Origin: a virus
Reading direction: 5' to 3' (one strand)
Virus record (IMG/VR): IMGVR_UViG_3300046791_000499
Location: 1-64,000 of that record
Length of the DNA stretch: 64,000 bases
The first letter of the stretch is position 1. The number at the start of each line of letters is the position of its first letter. The notes beneath the pieces are model-generated. The model had not been told where the DNA came from, ran no database searches, and saw nothing but the letters and a program-made list of their open reading frames with translations. Position numbers and translations under genes: made by a program. This document shows, piece after piece, positions 29,081 to 40,601 of the stretch.

Positions 29081-29616
29081 TCATCTCGATCGATGGCGGC
29101 GATAACACGGCCGCGGCGATCTTCTCGTGGCCGAACCCAGCGGTGACATCGATCAAGGAGCCGACCCCAGCGATCGCCGATGCGCTGCTCGGCTGGTGCC
29201 AAGACGCCGCGGCGGCTCGAGGCGAAACGCTTACCCTCGTGGTCGAAGATCAGTACGCGAAGATCCGATGGGCGATGATCGGCGGAAAGATGCAGCCGAC
29301 GATCGATCTGCCCGCGCTGCTGAGCGTCGCTCGCTCGACTGAGATCTGGGTGGTGCTCGCCGGGCTGCGCGGGATTCCGTGGGTCCGCGTGCTCGCGTCC
29401 AAGTGGCAGGGGAAGATGCTGCCGGGCAAGAAAGCGCTCGGCACCAAGGCCGCAGCCCGTGAGGCATTCGCCGAGATCTGGCCGACGGTCTGGCGGTTCG
29501 AGGGCCTACCGACACCCGACAAGCTCAAAGAAGTGAAGGCCACCCGCGTCAACGAGCACATTCGCGACGCATCGCTGCAGGGGCGTTGGTTTTTTCTGTT
29601 CGGGGATCAGCCGTGA
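29077..29616 (+). CDS. RuvC-like Holliday junction resolvase
   Basis: IISIDGG, LVVEDQY, W...GTKA, EHIRDA. Confidence 0.65.
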   Translation: MIISIDGGDNTAAAIFSWPNPAVTSIKEPTPAIADALLGWCQDAAAARGETLTLVVEDQYAKIRWAMIGGKMQPTIDLPALLSVARSTEIWVVLAGLRGIPWVRVLASKWQGKMLPGKKALGTKAAAREAFAEIWPTVWRFEGLPTPDKLKEVKATRVNEHIRDASLQGRWFFLFGDQP

Positions 29617-29937
29617 GCGTGGATACCCATCGCATCGCCGAGCGGCTCTCGCAGGCCGCTGTGCTCTCCACTCGCCGCGGAAACGCAGTGCAGGCGCGGC
29701 GGCTCTACGCTCAGGCCGCCGAGTACGAAGCCGTGGCGCTGGCCACCGTCGACGGTGAGCAAAAGCCACGCACCCACAGCATCCTCGCTGTCAGCCTGGT
29801 CGCGCTGCTGTACAAAGCCGGCGCGCTCGAGCGGGCCGAGCAACGCGCGGGGCTGCTCTTGGATGACCCGCATGTGACCGACTGGGGCCGCGGACAACTG
29901 CTCGATCTCCTCGCTGCCATTGCCAACGAACGCGACC

Positions 29938-31083
29938 ATGAAGACTCCGATGCTCTCCTTTGAAACACGGGTTCGCATCCACAAGGCGCTGGACGTTTTC
30001 AGCTCCGAAGCTGACGAGAGCCTCGATCTCGTTCGCGGCCTCGGGATCCAGAACAAGGCCGTCACCACGATCGCTGGGATGACGGCGGTCGCAGCGATGG
30101 CCTCGCGCCTGCTCATGCGCAGGATCACGCCGCACGACGGGGTGCTGAGCGTTGGGAACCGGACCCTCATCCGCCTCGCGCATGCGGTCTTTCAACCCCC
30201 GCGCTGCGGCTGGAATCGATGCGGGGACACATGGGCATGGTTCGACGGTCGGCCCGAAGGTGATGTGCTGCCCTCGACGGAGGGGCAGATAAGCATCTTC
30301 GGCGGAGACGCGACTCTATGGGAGTGCGTCCGGCGGGAGTTCACGCGCAGCATCCCCTATGCCGTGATGGCCGAGACCGGCAACGATGCCCTGAACGTGG
30401 TCGCCGATCGGGCCGTGAACGTCCGGCCGCTGACCTCATCGGAGCGCCCGATCGCGGAGCGGGTCCATCGCTACATCAACACGGGCACGCCGCTCGGGAT
30501 GCTTCTCTACGGGCCACAGGGCAGCGCCAAGACGACGCTCGCCTGCTCGCTCGCGGCCGAGTGCACCGGAAGCTACTTTCGGTTGAGCGCGATGTTCCTG
30601 GGGCGCGACGTCACCAACGCGCTCGTCAGCCTCCGCCCGAGCGCTGTGATCATCGACGACATTGACCGTGTCGACGACGCGATGATGCTCGAGACCCTCG
30701 ACGCTCTCTCAGCCGCCAATGTCCTAGTGATCTGCACGAGCAACACAGCGCCAGACAATCGGCACGGCGAGGGCGCTGAGGAGTTGATGGACGCAGCCCT
30801 CGTGCGGAGCGGCCGGCTGGACATTCACATACACGTCAGCGGACTCGATCCCGACTCGCACGCGGACATCTGTCGCGCCGTCAAGCTCACCGCCGATCTC
30901 GGGCCCCGCGGGTCCGAACTATTGGCCTCGGACCTGGTCTGCCTCGGCCGCCGGCAACGAGCTGGCGATCTCCCCGAGCCGCACGCCGCCGTGGAGGACC
31001 TGCTCCAGCGACGGACAAACACGGTCCATCGTCTGCGCTCGCGGACCCTGTCGGCAACGAAGGTGGTTTCAAGTGGCGCTTGA
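29938..31083 (+). CDS. AAA+ ATPase
   Basis: LLYGPQGSAKT, VIIDDID, CTSN, DAALVRSGRLD. Confidence 0.85.
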   Translation: MKTPMLSFETRVRIHKALDVFSSEADESLDLVRGLGIQNKAVTTIAGMTAVAAMASRLLMRRITPHDGVLSVGNRTLIRLAHAVFQPPRCGWNRCGDTWAWFDGRPEGDVLPSTEGQISIFGGDATLWECVRREFTRSIPYAVMAETGNDALNVVADRAVNVRPLTSSERPIAERVHRYINTGTPLGMLLYGPQGSAKTTLACSLAAECTGSYFRLSAMFLGRDVTNALVSLRPSAVIIDDIDRVDDAMMLETLDALSAANVLVICTSNTAPDNRHGEGAEELMDAALVRSGRLDIHIHVSGLDPDSHADICRAVKLTADLGPRGSELLASDLVCLGRRQRAGDLPEPHAAVEDLLQRRTNTVHRLRSRTLSATKVVSSGA

Positions 31084-32814
31084 TCTCCGAGACGGCACCG
31101 AACTCGTGTTGCGGGTCAAGCAGAGCCCCAAGGGGAAGGGCTTCACGCTCGCGGTCGAGAAGCAGATCGGCACCCGGACGAAGGTGGTCGGGGAGCGGGC
31201 TGCGACCAGCGAGGAGGAGTTGTGGCTGCAGATTGCCCGATGGGCAGACCAGAAACTCGCGCAGCTCGGGCTCGAGAAGATAGCGAAATAGCCGCGGGAA
31301 TCCGGCGTGGCCGGGCGCAGTCGTGACAACGATGATGCTGGTCGAAGACAACCTACCCAACGTACCGACCCTGGCTGACCTCGGAGCCGACGCCACACCG
31401 ACTGCGCTCGCGCTCGGGTTCCTGGACCTGATCACGGCTGGCGAAGCGAAGCCACCGTACAAGCCAGGGAGCCCGCTGTGGCAACGGACGTGGATCCCGA
31501 TCATGGGCGAGGCCGACGAACTCCTGTTCGTCCAAGAGCCGCGACCAGGTGAGACCGAGGAACTGGCGATGGCTCGGGCAATCGCATGGTGCGAGTCGGT
31601 CGGGGTGGCCTACACGATCGCCTGCAAGATCTGGCCGGGGCATCCCGCCGTAGCAGCCGTAGCAGGAATCGCCGCGCCCTGACGGCGGTCGTTCGAGATA
31701 GGAGACTCTGACCATGAGCAGCACAGCCACCAACGAAGACACCCCATTGTCCACGGCCGAGCGCCAGTTGATCACCATCATCGCCATCCGCGATCGGACG
31801 CTTCACAAACTCGGCGTCGGCCCCGACGAGCACATGGACTCGAGCCGCCCGATCGAGGCTGCGGTCGCACAACGACGTGGCTTCGCCGAACACTCGGTGG
31901 TCCGGCTGGATGCAGCGCTCGCGATCGCCACCGCGATCCAGGCATATCTCGACGAGCCCACGACCACGACGTTCGGCCGGGTCGCTTGGGCCTACGAGGT
32001 ATTCAGCGGGATGACGGATGATGCTGACGGCCATGCGCCCGAGGTCCTACATTGATGGCCGCCCGGGTTTCCATGGCAGGCTCCGAAGAACTGACGCTGT
32101 TCGATCGGCTGCTCTACGAAGTGCTGCCGGCGCTCTTGCATGAGCACGTGTGCCGGAAACAGGCGCTCTCGCTGCAGACCCTCCTCATCGACAAGCGAGC
32201 AGAGGCCGAGGAGATCATCGACGAACTCGACAACTGCGCAGAGGCGGCGTGCGACTTCATCCTCACCAGCGACGGTGAGATCGACGAAGCCGCGGCCGAG
32301 CAAGCCGAGCGGGTGGGAACGATGGCACGCCATCTCGCGCAGCATCTCGCTCGCCTCGAGTTGGCGCCGAAGTCCGCCTATCGGCACCTTGCCCGAGCTG
32401 CTCAGATCGCAGCCGGCTTCGCCCGATACGCGGATGACAGCGGGGTCCTGCATTGACCGCCGGGGATACCGTCCCGTCCCGACTGGACGTGTTCGCCGAT
32501 GGTCTCCACTTCGTCGTGGCGTGGGATGACGAAGGGTACCCTGGGCTCCGTCTGGGCGAACGCTGGAAGCGCGGCGTTGACCACACGGCAGCCTCCGAAG
32601 CTGCTCGCGAGCTGAATATCCACGTCTTCCATGCACGCGGCACCCTGCGCTTCGGCACCATCTCTGACGCGCGCAAGGCCCTGCGAGCTGCCCGTGCGGC
32701 CATCCGAGCATTGAAGCCGGCCAAGCCTCCGCGGCGGAAGAAGACGCCTGCCTGGCCATCGTGGGCGATCCAGGCGAAGTCCGCGGGATGGAAGCCGCCG
32801 AAGGGATGGAGGCC

Positions 32815-33351
32815 ATGAGTCTCGACTTGTTCGCCGGCCTCCATCGCGGGGCGGCGGCCGACACGGATGGCCGTGCCGTCTTCTCTCCGTGCGGCCTCTA
32901 CCGCTACGAGATCGAGCGCCACTACCCGACTGGCACCCGCACCGCCATGGGCATGATGCTCAATCCCAGCTACGCCGACGCCAAGAAGAACGACCCAACC
33001 ATGGGCAAGGTCGCGGGCTTCTCGTCGCGCCTCGACATCTGCCGCTGGATCCAGACCAACCTCTCCGCCTTCATCTCGACCGACGCGAATGGCCTGCGCG
33101 CTGCGGCCGACCCGATCGGGCCCAAGAACGACCAGCACATTGTCGGGGCTGCGCTCGAGGCCGACATCATCGTGGTCGGATGGGGCGGCAGCGTCACCAA
33201 CCTGCCCGACTACAAGGCCAGGATCGAACGCGTGCTCGTGCTGCTGCGATCGACCGGCAAGCCGATCCTGTGCTGGGGCAGGACCGCCGCCGGGCACCCT
33301 CGCCACCCCTTGATGCTGCGATACTCGACCCCGTTGGAGGCGTTCACGTGA
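32815..33351 (+). CDS. DUF1643 family protein
   Basis: FSPCGLYRY, MLNPSYAD..NDPT, WG, HPRHPL. Confidence 0.85.
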   Translation: MSLDLFAGLHRGAAADTDGRAVFSPCGLYRYEIERHYPTGTRTAMGMMLNPSYADAKKNDPTMGKVAGFSSRLDICRWIQTNLSAFISTDANGLRAAADPIGPKNDQHIVGAALEADIIVVGWGGSVTNLPDYKARIERVLVLLRSTGKPILCWGRTAAGHPRHPLMLRYSTPLEAFT

Positions 33352-34385
33352 GCAGCCTGATCAACACGGCCGTCATGATGAGCGGTGCATGCGGCACCAG
33401 CATCGGCGCTGCCCAAGGTGGCGCGCGGATCGTTTGGGCAGCCAATCACATGCCCCGGTGCATGGAGATGCACGAGGACAACTTCCCGTTCCCCGACTGC
33501 GAGAACGTCTGCCAGGATCTTCACCTGTTCAACCACGCGAAGATGCCCTTGCATGACCTGCTCCTGGCCTCGCCGGTGTGCCGAGTGAACTCGCCAGCAT
33601 CCCGGCCTGCTCGAGCGAAGGCGGCCGAGTCGGCGAAGGCCAAGGATCCAGCCAAGCGCCGGCAAGGTGCACCGCTGGCCTCCTCGCACAACTCCATGGG
33701 AGCGCTCCCGTGGGCGGTCATGGACGCGCTCGAGGTCAACCGGCCGAGGTACTTCGTGATCGAGAACGTGTGGGAGTGGGCCTCGGAGTGGCCGCTCTAT
33801 GATCTGTTCCTCCGCATGCTCCGACGGCTGGGCTACAAGATCACGCAGCAAGTGCTCGACGCCGCTGACTTTGGCCTCGGCGATGGGCGATCGGTTCCGC
33901 AACACCGCGAGCGCCTGTTCGTGATCGGCACGCTCGCTCGCAAGCCGATCCGGGTTCGAGCCCCGAAGCGCCCGGCAGCGTGGAAGCCCACGCCGATCCT
34001 GAACTTCATCGACTGGGACGACGGCGAGTGGATGCCGTTCTCGCAGGCCGGCGGCGACAAGTTCCGTGAGCAGCTCAGGCGTGCGCATCGCGAGTTCAAG
34101 GGCGGTCCAGCGTTCGTCAACACCGTCGAGCACCGCCCGATCTACGACGCCACGACCGAGCCGCTGCGCACGATGACGACGCAGGACCAGTACCGCTGGG
34201 TCCGCCGAGGGCGATTCAAGTACCCGACGGCCCGCGAGGGCTTCAACCTCATGGGGTTCCCGCGCAGCTTCAAGATCCCCCCGAACATCGAGCGCCACCG
34301 CACGATCGCGTGGGCGATGGCGGGTGACGCCGTGAGCCCGCCGGTGATGCGTGTGATCGTCGAGACCATCCGAGATTCCGAGTAG
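33348..34385 (+). CDS. DNA (cytosine-5) methyltransferase
   Basis: LLASPVC (catalytic Cys), IENV, LDAADFG..PQHRERLF, LMGFP, GDAVSPP. Confidence 0.88.
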   Translation: MSSLINTAVMMSGACGTSIGAAQGGARIVWAANHMPRCMEMHEDNFPFPDCENVCQDLHLFNHAKMPLHDLLLASPVCRVNSPASRPARAKAAESAKAKDPAKRRQGAPLASSHNSMGALPWAVMDALEVNRPRYFVIENVWEWASEWPLYDLFLRMLRRLGYKITQQVLDAADFGLGDGRSVPQHRERLFVIGTLARKPIRVRAPKRPAAWKPTPILNFIDWDDGEWMPFSQAGGDKFREQLRRAHREFKGGPAFVNTVEHRPIYDATTEPLRTMTTQDQYRWVRRGRFKYPTAREGFNLMGFPRSFKIPPNIERHRTIAWAMAGDAVSPPVMRVIVETIRDSE

Positions 34386-34394
34386 GAGAGCAGC

Positions 34395-35711
34395 ATGAGC
34401 ACAACCATCGAATGGACAGACCGCTGCGACAACCCGATGACGGGGTGCTCGAAGAAATCAGAGGGCTGCGAGCATTGCTACGCGATCAGTGTCGCCGGCC
34501 GGCAGATGTCACCGCAACATGTCGGTCTCGTCAAAAAGCTACAGGTCATCGACAAGAACGGCGAGCCCGTCCTCGACGGGCGTGGCCGCCCGAAAATGCG
34601 CAAGCAGAACTGGACCGGTGAGATCCGCCAGGTGCCGCGAGTACTTGCGAAGCGGATACCGCGACGGAAGGATCGGCGCACTCGGGTATTCGTGAACTCG
34701 ATGTCGGACTGGTTCCACGAGAACCTGATCCGCACCGAGACCGGCCGGCGATACGTCGCGCTCTGCTTCGCCTGGATGCTCGACCAGCCGCACGTCGACT
34801 TCCAACTGCTGACCAAGCGACCCGAGGGCTTGAAGGATTGGATCGTGTGGCTGTTCGCCCAAGCGCGCGACCTGGCGACCGTCTATCGGAGGCACAGCAG
34901 CGGGCCAACCCTGGGTCCCATCGGCGATGTACTCGTTGACGTCATGTGGTGGTCAGACGTGCCCGAGCTGCGCGAGGTAGCCCGTCGCTGGCTCGAGGGC
35001 GAAGCACCCGTAGCGATCATCGACTCGAAGAGGCAGGTCACATGGCCGCCCAAGCACGTGTTCTTCGGAGCAACCTGCGAGAACCAGCAGCGCGCCGACG
35101 AGCGGATGCCGATCATGGAGGCCCTGCGCGTCGTTGGTGGTGTTGGCCGCGTGTTCGTGAGCCAGGAGCCCGCGCTCGGACCCGTCGACTACTCCCGATG
35201 GCTCGATCGCATCGACCATTGCCGATCCTGTGGAGCCGAGCACGAAGCGCAAGAGGAAGACGTATGTCCTGAGTGCAAGCAACCAGGCACGCTGGTCAGC
35301 ACATGGGGTGAGACCCAGGCCGAGCGCCTGCGCAACGGCCAGCGATACGAGAACGGTGGTCCTCACCCTGGCGAGGATGGTCCGCCGATCGACTGGCTGA
35401 TCTATGGAGGCGAGTCGGGCTCCGGCGCAAGGCCATCTCATCCGGGATGGGCACGGCTCGCTCGAGATCAAGCCGTCGCAGCGGGTGTGCCATTCCTGTT
35501 CAAGCAGTGGGGCGAGTGGGCCGAAGTCGCGAGTGATGACGCATCGTGGACGCGCATGGTCAGCCTCTCTGGAAAGGTCTACGCGCGCGGTGACGAGATG
35601 CCGATCGGTGATGTCGCTTCGATGGGCTTCATGCGGAAGTTCGGCAAGGGCAAGACCGGCCGCGAACTCGACGGTCGAACCTGGGACGAATTCCCCGAGG
35701 TAAAAGCATGA
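34395..35711 (+). CDS. DUF5131 (phage Gp37/Gp68, radical-SAM-like) protein
   Basis: TIEWTD, GCSKKSEGCEHCYA, FVNSMSD, LLTKRP, GGESG..ARP, FKQWG. Confidence 0.9.
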   Translation: MSTTIEWTDRCDNPMTGCSKKSEGCEHCYAISVAGRQMSPQHVGLVKKLQVIDKNGEPVLDGRGRPKMRKQNWTGEIRQVPRVLAKRIPRRKDRRTRVFVNSMSDWFHENLIRTETGRRYVALCFAWMLDQPHVDFQLLTKRPEGLKDWIVWLFAQARDLATVYRRHSSGPTLGPIGDVLVDVMWWSDVPELREVARRWLEGEAPVAIIDSKRQVTWPPKHVFFGATCENQQRADERMPIMEALRVVGGVGRVFVSQEPALGPVDYSRWLDRIDHCRSCGAEHEAQEEDVCPECKQPGTLVSTWGETQAERLRNGQRYENGGPHPGEDGPPIDWLIYGGESGSGARPSHPGWARLARDQAVAAGVPFLFKQWGEWAEVASDDASWTRMVSLSGKVYARGDEMPIGDVASMGFMRKFGKGKTGRELDGRTWDEFPEVKA

Positions 35712-35938
35712 GCGAACGACAAGACGACCCCATCCATCCCGCCCACTACGGCGGCCACGACAACCTCTACGAAGCGATCAAAGTGATCGAAGCGTGGGAC
35801 CTCGGCTTCTCGCTCGGCAACGCGGTGAAGTACATCTCGCGCGCCGGCAAGAAGCCCGGCGAAGATGAAGCCAGGGATCTTCGCAAGGCTGTCTGGTATC
35901 TCGAACGACGCATCCTCCAAATCGAAGGCCCGAAATGA
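35708..35938 (+). CDS. DUF3310 family protein
   Basis: DPIHPAHY, F.LGNAVKY..RAGKK, DLRKAVWYL. Confidence 0.85.
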   Translation: MSERQDDPIHPAHYGGHDNLYEAIKVIEAWDLGFSLGNAVKYISRAGKKPGEDEARDLRKAVWYLERRILQIEGPK

Positions 35939-36843
35939 ATCGCCAACTAGCCAAGATCATCCTCGACTCGATCAGCCCCGCGCTCGTACGTCTGACCACG
36001 TTGGAGGTTCAGATCCCACGGATCGTGCTCGCCGAGTGGAATACTCACCGCGTGCTCAGCCGCAACAGCGCGAGCAGCCGCGCCATCCCGATCGAGAAGA
36101 TGATCGCCCGCGTGCGCGAGGACCCCTACATCCCCGAGGAGTGGGGGCGAAACGGCCGAGGCATGCAGGCCCACGGGGTGCTCGACGCCAACGCGGCCGG
36201 TGCGAGCTTGGGGGAGTGGCTGCTCGCCCGCGATCAGATGGTCGAGCGAGCCGAGGCGATGTTGAAGCACGGCGGCCACAAGCAGATCATCAACCGGCTG
36301 CTCGAGCCGTTCGCGTGGCACACGATCATCGTGACCGCCACCGAGTGGGACAACTTCGATCACCTTCGCCGCAACGCGGCCGCTCATCCTGCGATCCAAG
36401 CTGTGGCCGCGGCGATGTACGCCGAGATGCAGGCGAGCACACCGGGGCTTTTGCGCGAATGGGAATGGCACACGCCGTACATCGACCCCGAGCGCGATGC
36501 GGGCATGTCCGACGTGGAGCGCATCCGGGTCTCGTGTGCTCGGTGCGCTCGGGTCAGCTACCTGACGCACGACGGGCTCCGCGACGTTGGTGCCGACCTC
36601 GACCTCTATTGGAAGTTGCTCGACCCCGGACACATGAGCCCGTTCGAGCATGCCGCCCGCCCGCTGACGCAGCAGGATGTGGCCAATCGCCTGCTCTCGT
36701 ACTCGGGCGTGAAGGACATCGACGCGTCCGAGATCGACGTGACCCAGCACTTCGCGGGCAACTTCCGCGGCTGGCACCAGCACCGTAAGGACATCCCGGG
36801 CGAGGCCGACATCATCGGGTATCGGCAGGCGGCGGGCTCTTGA
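35935..36843 (+). CDS. thyX: FAD-dependent thymidylate synthase ThyX-like
   Basis: EWNTHRVLSRNSASSRAIP, HKQIINRLLEPF, ARCARVSY, HMSPFEH. Confidence 0.88.
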   Translation: MNRQLAKIILDSISPALVRLTTLEVQIPRIVLAEWNTHRVLSRNSASSRAIPIEKMIARVREDPYIPEEWGRNGRGMQAHGVLDANAAGASLGEWLLARDQMVERAEAMLKHGGHKQIINRLLEPFAWHTIIVTATEWDNFDHLRRNAAAHPAIQAVAAAMYAEMQASTPGLLREWEWHTPYIDPERDAGMSDVERIRVSCARCARVSYLTHDGLRDVGADLDLYWKLLDPGHMSPFEHAARPLTQQDVANRLLSYSGVKDIDASEIDVTQHFAGNFRGWHQHRKDIPGEADIIGYRQAAGS

Positions 36844-37646
36844 TCGTCGGCACCGTCCAGCGGTGGAAGGATCAGCGCGGCAGCTACCGCCCAGCCGGCG
36901 AGCCGATCAACACCCGGGCGTTCGAGGTCTGTGCGATCGACACGGACAACGAGGCCAAGGCGTTCGTCCAGCGGCACCACTACAGCGGGAGCTATCCGGC
37001 TGCACGCGAACGGTTCGGGCTCTACGGCCGCGGTGGACTGGTCGGCGTGGCTGTGTTCTCGGTGCCGGCCAACCCGCGTGCCCTCGACCCAGCACCAGGG
37101 GACAACGACAGCCGCGTCGAACTCGGGCGCTTCGTCCTGCTCGACGACGTCGCGGCGAACGGCGAGTCCTGGTTCCTGGCCCGATGCATGGAGCAGCTCC
37201 GGCTTGCGGGCTACACCGGGCTCGTCAGCTTCTCGGACCCCGTGCCGCGTGTTGCTGCGAACGGCGAGGTCGTGTTCTGCGGTCACCTGGGGACCATCTA
37301 CCAGGCCACCAACGGCATCTACCTGGGTCGGAGCAAGGCCGGCAAGCCTCGGGTGTTGCCGGATGGCTCGGTGTTCCACGCCCGCGCGATCGCCAAGATC
37401 CGCAAGCGAGACCAGGGCTGGCGGTACGCGGCTCGCCTGCTCGAGCAGCACGGTGCCGAACTGCTCACGGACGATGAGGATCCCGTGGCGTGGCTCGAGC
37501 GGTGGCTGCCCGCGCTCACCCGCCGGATGACCCACGGCGGGAATCTCAAGTACGCGTGGGACCTGCAGCGACGCGGGACCAAGCGCCGGCTGCCCGCATC
37601 CCTACCGTACCCGAAGATCACCCAGGGCGGTTTGTTGGCCGCGTAG
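36840..37646 (+). CDS. Mom-family adenine modification (GNAT-like) protein
   Basis: FVQRHHYS, ELGRFVLLD..ANGESWFL, VSFSDP, GHLGTIYQATN. Confidence 0.85.
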   Translation: MIVGTVQRWKDQRGSYRPAGEPINTRAFEVCAIDTDNEAKAFVQRHHYSGSYPAARERFGLYGRGGLVGVAVFSVPANPRALDPAPGDNDSRVELGRFVLLDDVAANGESWFLARCMEQLRLAGYTGLVSFSDPVPRVAANGEVVFCGHLGTIYQATNGIYLGRSKAGKPRVLPDGSVFHARAIAKIRKRDQGWRYAARLLEQHGAELLTDDEDPVAWLERWLPALTRRMTHGGNLKYAWDLQRRGTKRRLPASLPYPKITQGGLLAA

Positions 37647-37690
37647 CGAGGCCGGAGGAATGACCCGAGCGACACATAGGTAGCCAGGCC

Positions 37691-38656
37691 GTGGACGAGC
37701 CGACAACGATCAAGCCGCTCAAGGTCAAGCCCGATCTCTCCGATCCCGAGATCCGAGAGTTCTGGAAAGCCGTGTTCCTCTCGTCGTGGGAGATGCCGAA
37801 CAGCGGGTACGGCACCTCGGTGAGCGTGGCCGATGACGCCGTCCGCGACCTGGTCGCGCGCGTGCAGCCACCGTCGAACGGGTTCCGCGAGATCGTCGAG
37901 CGGCCATCGACCACACGGCCACAGGGCTCGCCGGGCTGGGACGCACGGGCGCCGGAGGATGACGACTTCGAGCAGGCCGCCGCGCGCTTCGCTGCCGACC
38001 TCGCAACGTATCGAGGCGCGCTGGGTCGCGATGCGGTTCGCTCGCTCGCCCTGCCCGGGTGGGAGCACTTCGGCCTGCAGCTCGACTGGCTCGACACGAT
38101 GTTCGGGAAGCCTGAGCAGATGGCCGATCTCAGGGCGATGGCGCGCGAACTCGCCACCGCATCCGTGCTTGCCGATCTCGAATCCCTGCCCACGCTCATC
38201 GCCGAAATGTTCAGGTTACAAGGCAAGAGGCTGCTGGCCGCACATCGAATGGCCAGCCCCGAGCAGACGTCCTCACCCGAGCAAGCGCCCGAGATCAACG
38301 CCGAACCAACGCCAATCGAACCACTGCTCGTCACCTTCAACGTCGACCCGGATCGCTCCAAGCCTGGTCCGATCGATCCGGCCAAGCACCCAGACCACCA
38401 ACGGGTCTCGCTCGCCACCGCGCCAGCAAACGGCATGGTGAAGATCGGGAGGCTCCGCACGAGCCACATCCTGTTCGCCAATGAGTTCGTCGCTCGCATG
38501 CACGCCATGATCGAGCTGAGTTCCGAAGGCTGGCACCTGATCGATCTTGGGACAGAACGCACCACCGTCAACGGCATTGAGGTCACCCGCAACGCGCTTG
38601 TGAAGGTCGGCGACGTTCTCGGCTTCGGACCGTGCACGCTGACGCTCGACCCCTGA
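37691..38656 (+). CDS. Protein with C-terminal FHA domain
   Basis: VKIGR...VARMHAMI..WHLIDLG...TTVNG..LVKVGDVLGFG. Confidence 0.8.
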   Translation: MDEPTTIKPLKVKPDLSDPEIREFWKAVFLSSWEMPNSGYGTSVSVADDAVRDLVARVQPPSNGFREIVERPSTTRPQGSPGWDARAPEDDDFEQAAARFAADLATYRGALGRDAVRSLALPGWEHFGLQLDWLDTMFGKPEQMADLRAMARELATASVLADLESLPTLIAEMFRLQGKRLLAAHRMASPEQTSSPEQAPEINAEPTPIEPLLVTFNVDPDRSKPGPIDPAKHPDHQRVSLATAPANGMVKIGRLRTSHILFANEFVARMHAMIELSSEGWHLIDLGTERTTVNGIEVTRNALVKVGDVLGFGPCTLTLDP

Positions 38657-39234
38657 AACCATGCCGACCGGGACACCATTCACGATGAAGTGCCCAGCCT
38701 GCCGGCGCGGCGCGTTCGGGCATGCATCGCCGGACCTCGGCGTGCGCAAGACCGGCCGTGTCGAGAAGCAGGTCACGCGATCGAAGCACCGCGGCACGGG
38801 TGGCGGTGGATGCTCGTTCCGAGGACACCGCGGCGAGGTCGAATGCCTGGACTGCGGGCACCGCTGGTACTCGACGCACCCCGACAGCGGGCGAGTGTCT
38901 GCCTCCAAAATCAACCTGGATGGCACGCCGTGCTCGTGAAGATCGGCAGGCGCAACGTCGACGTGCTCGACTCCGGCTGCGCGAAGCGTGAGTGTTTTGC
39001 GCTCGGGTTCGACAAGGGGTCCTTCTCAGTCGGCCGCGGCTACACCAGCTATCACACCGACGCGAAGGGCCGCCGGGTCGAGAAGCCCGTGTGCGGCACG
39101 AGGCACTACCGCGGGTGCCCGAGCAACAGCGTGTGCTCGGTGTGCCGCGCTGCGAGCGTCGAGCAACCAGGCGGCGACTGCCGTTACAAGAGCTGCGCGG
39201 GCAAACTCGTCGAACGCACGATCGTAGGGACACC

Positions 39235-40002
39235 ATGATCACTCGCCTCCGCATTACCGACCCCAAGCGCACGCCATGCGAATGGTGGCCAACCGTCGCA
39301 ACGCTGACCCCGCTCGAGCAGATCGAGTTCTCGCCGGGGTTGACCGTCATTTGGGGGCCGAATGGCTGCGGCAAGTCGACGATCTTGCGCGCGCTCGCTC
39401 GGCTGACGCACTGCGAACAGGCTGGCGTTCCCACCGTGACGGGGGACTCTCTCCGTGCGTTGAAGGGGTGCACCGGCGTCGAGATCGAGACCGACGGCAA
39501 GCCGGTGCACTTCTTCGATCCGGGGATGCGTGCTGGGCTCGTAGGCGGAATGGCCGGTTTCGATTACGACTTCTTCGATCTGTCTCTGCAGAGCATGGCC
39601 AGGGACAGGGTGTCGTCGGGGCAGAGTTCAACGGCCGAGTTCAATCGGATCCTGGCGTCGGCGGCCAAGACCTCGACGGTCGCCAGCAAGATCGGAAGCC
39701 AAGTACCACCGCCCGAATTCGTGCGAGGGCTGCAGCCAACGCCGGGGATCGACGCGGGCCTGCCTACGCTGCTGTTCGACGAGCCCGATCGGTCGCTGTC
39801 GATCACGAAAGCGGCCGACCTGTGGCACCTGCTGGCGCAGCAAAAGAAGTTCCAGATCATTGCGGCGTCCCACTCGATCAGCGCGCTCGGGCTTGGCCCT
39901 GCCGTGATGTACATCGACCTGGTGACAGGGTACCTCGCCGAGTGCATCGAAGAGGTTCGGCTTGTCGGCGGGCGGCTGAGCGCGGAGTCGAACACCCGAT
40001 GA
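39235..40002 (+). CDS. Stand-alone ABC/SMC-like ATPase
   Basis: VIWGPNGCGKST, SSGQ, LLFDEPDRSLS, ASHS. Confidence 0.85.
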   Translation: MITRLRITDPKRTPCEWWPTVATLTPLEQIEFSPGLTVIWGPNGCGKSTILRALARLTHCEQAGVPTVTGDSLRALKGCTGVEIETDGKPVHFFDPGMRAGLVGGMAGFDYDFFDLSLQSMARDRVSSGQSSTAEFNRILASAAKTSTVASKIGSQVPPPEFVRGLQPTPGIDAGLPTLLFDEPDRSLSITKAADLWHLLAQQKKFQIIAASHSISALGLGPAVMYIDLVTGYLAECIEEVRLVGGRLSAESNTR

Positions 40003-40601
40003 TCCTCACCGAACCATCGAAGCACCAGATCGTCTACATCGATTGCCCGTGGCCGCGCACGCCGTGCGGCACCGCCAAGACCCCGTACAACACGATGACG
40101 TGGGCCGAGTTACGCGCGTTCGATCTCGGCGCGTGGCTGGCCGACGATGCCCTCGTGTTCGCCTGGGTGACCGGACCGACGCACTTGAAGGAGTGCGCCG
40201 TGCTCTCGCATTGGTGCGAGCAGTTCGGCTTGTACGAGGCAGGCGTGCCATACATCTGGGTCAAGACACGCAAGGACGGCGTCACCCCGATCGGCGCGAG
40301 CGGCCCCCGGCCGAAGCTGGTCAAGCAACTCGGCGAGTTCGTGATCGCGTTGACCACCCGCAAGCGTGGTCGCGTGTTCCCGCTGTTGACCGAGGCGCAG
40401 GTCCAGTGGGTGGAAGACGGCACGATGCCCACCGAGGAGGTCTATGCACCGAAGCCGCCGCGTGGGTCGCATTCGCGCAAGCCGGCGATCGTACGCGACA
40501 AGATCGTCGAACTGGTCGGAGACCGATCGCGTGTCGAGATCTTCGCGCGCGATGAGCATCCCGGATGGAACGCCATGGGGGATGAGCTGATCGCAGCGTG
40601 A
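39999..40601 (+). CDS. MT-A70-family adenine methyltransferase
   Basis: VYIDCPW, Y.TM, FAWVT, IWVK, HSRKP, EIFAR..PGWNAMGDE. Confidence 0.88.
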   Translation: MILTEPSKHQIVYIDCPWPRTPCGTAKTPYNTMTWAELRAFDLGAWLADDALVFAWVTGPTHLKECAVLSHWCEQFGLYEAGVPYIWVKTRKDGVTPIGASGPRPKLVKQLGEFVIALTTRKRGRVFPLLTEAQVQWVEDGTMPTEEVYAPKPPRGSHSRKPAIVRDKIVELVGDRSRVEIFARDEHPGWNAMGDELIAA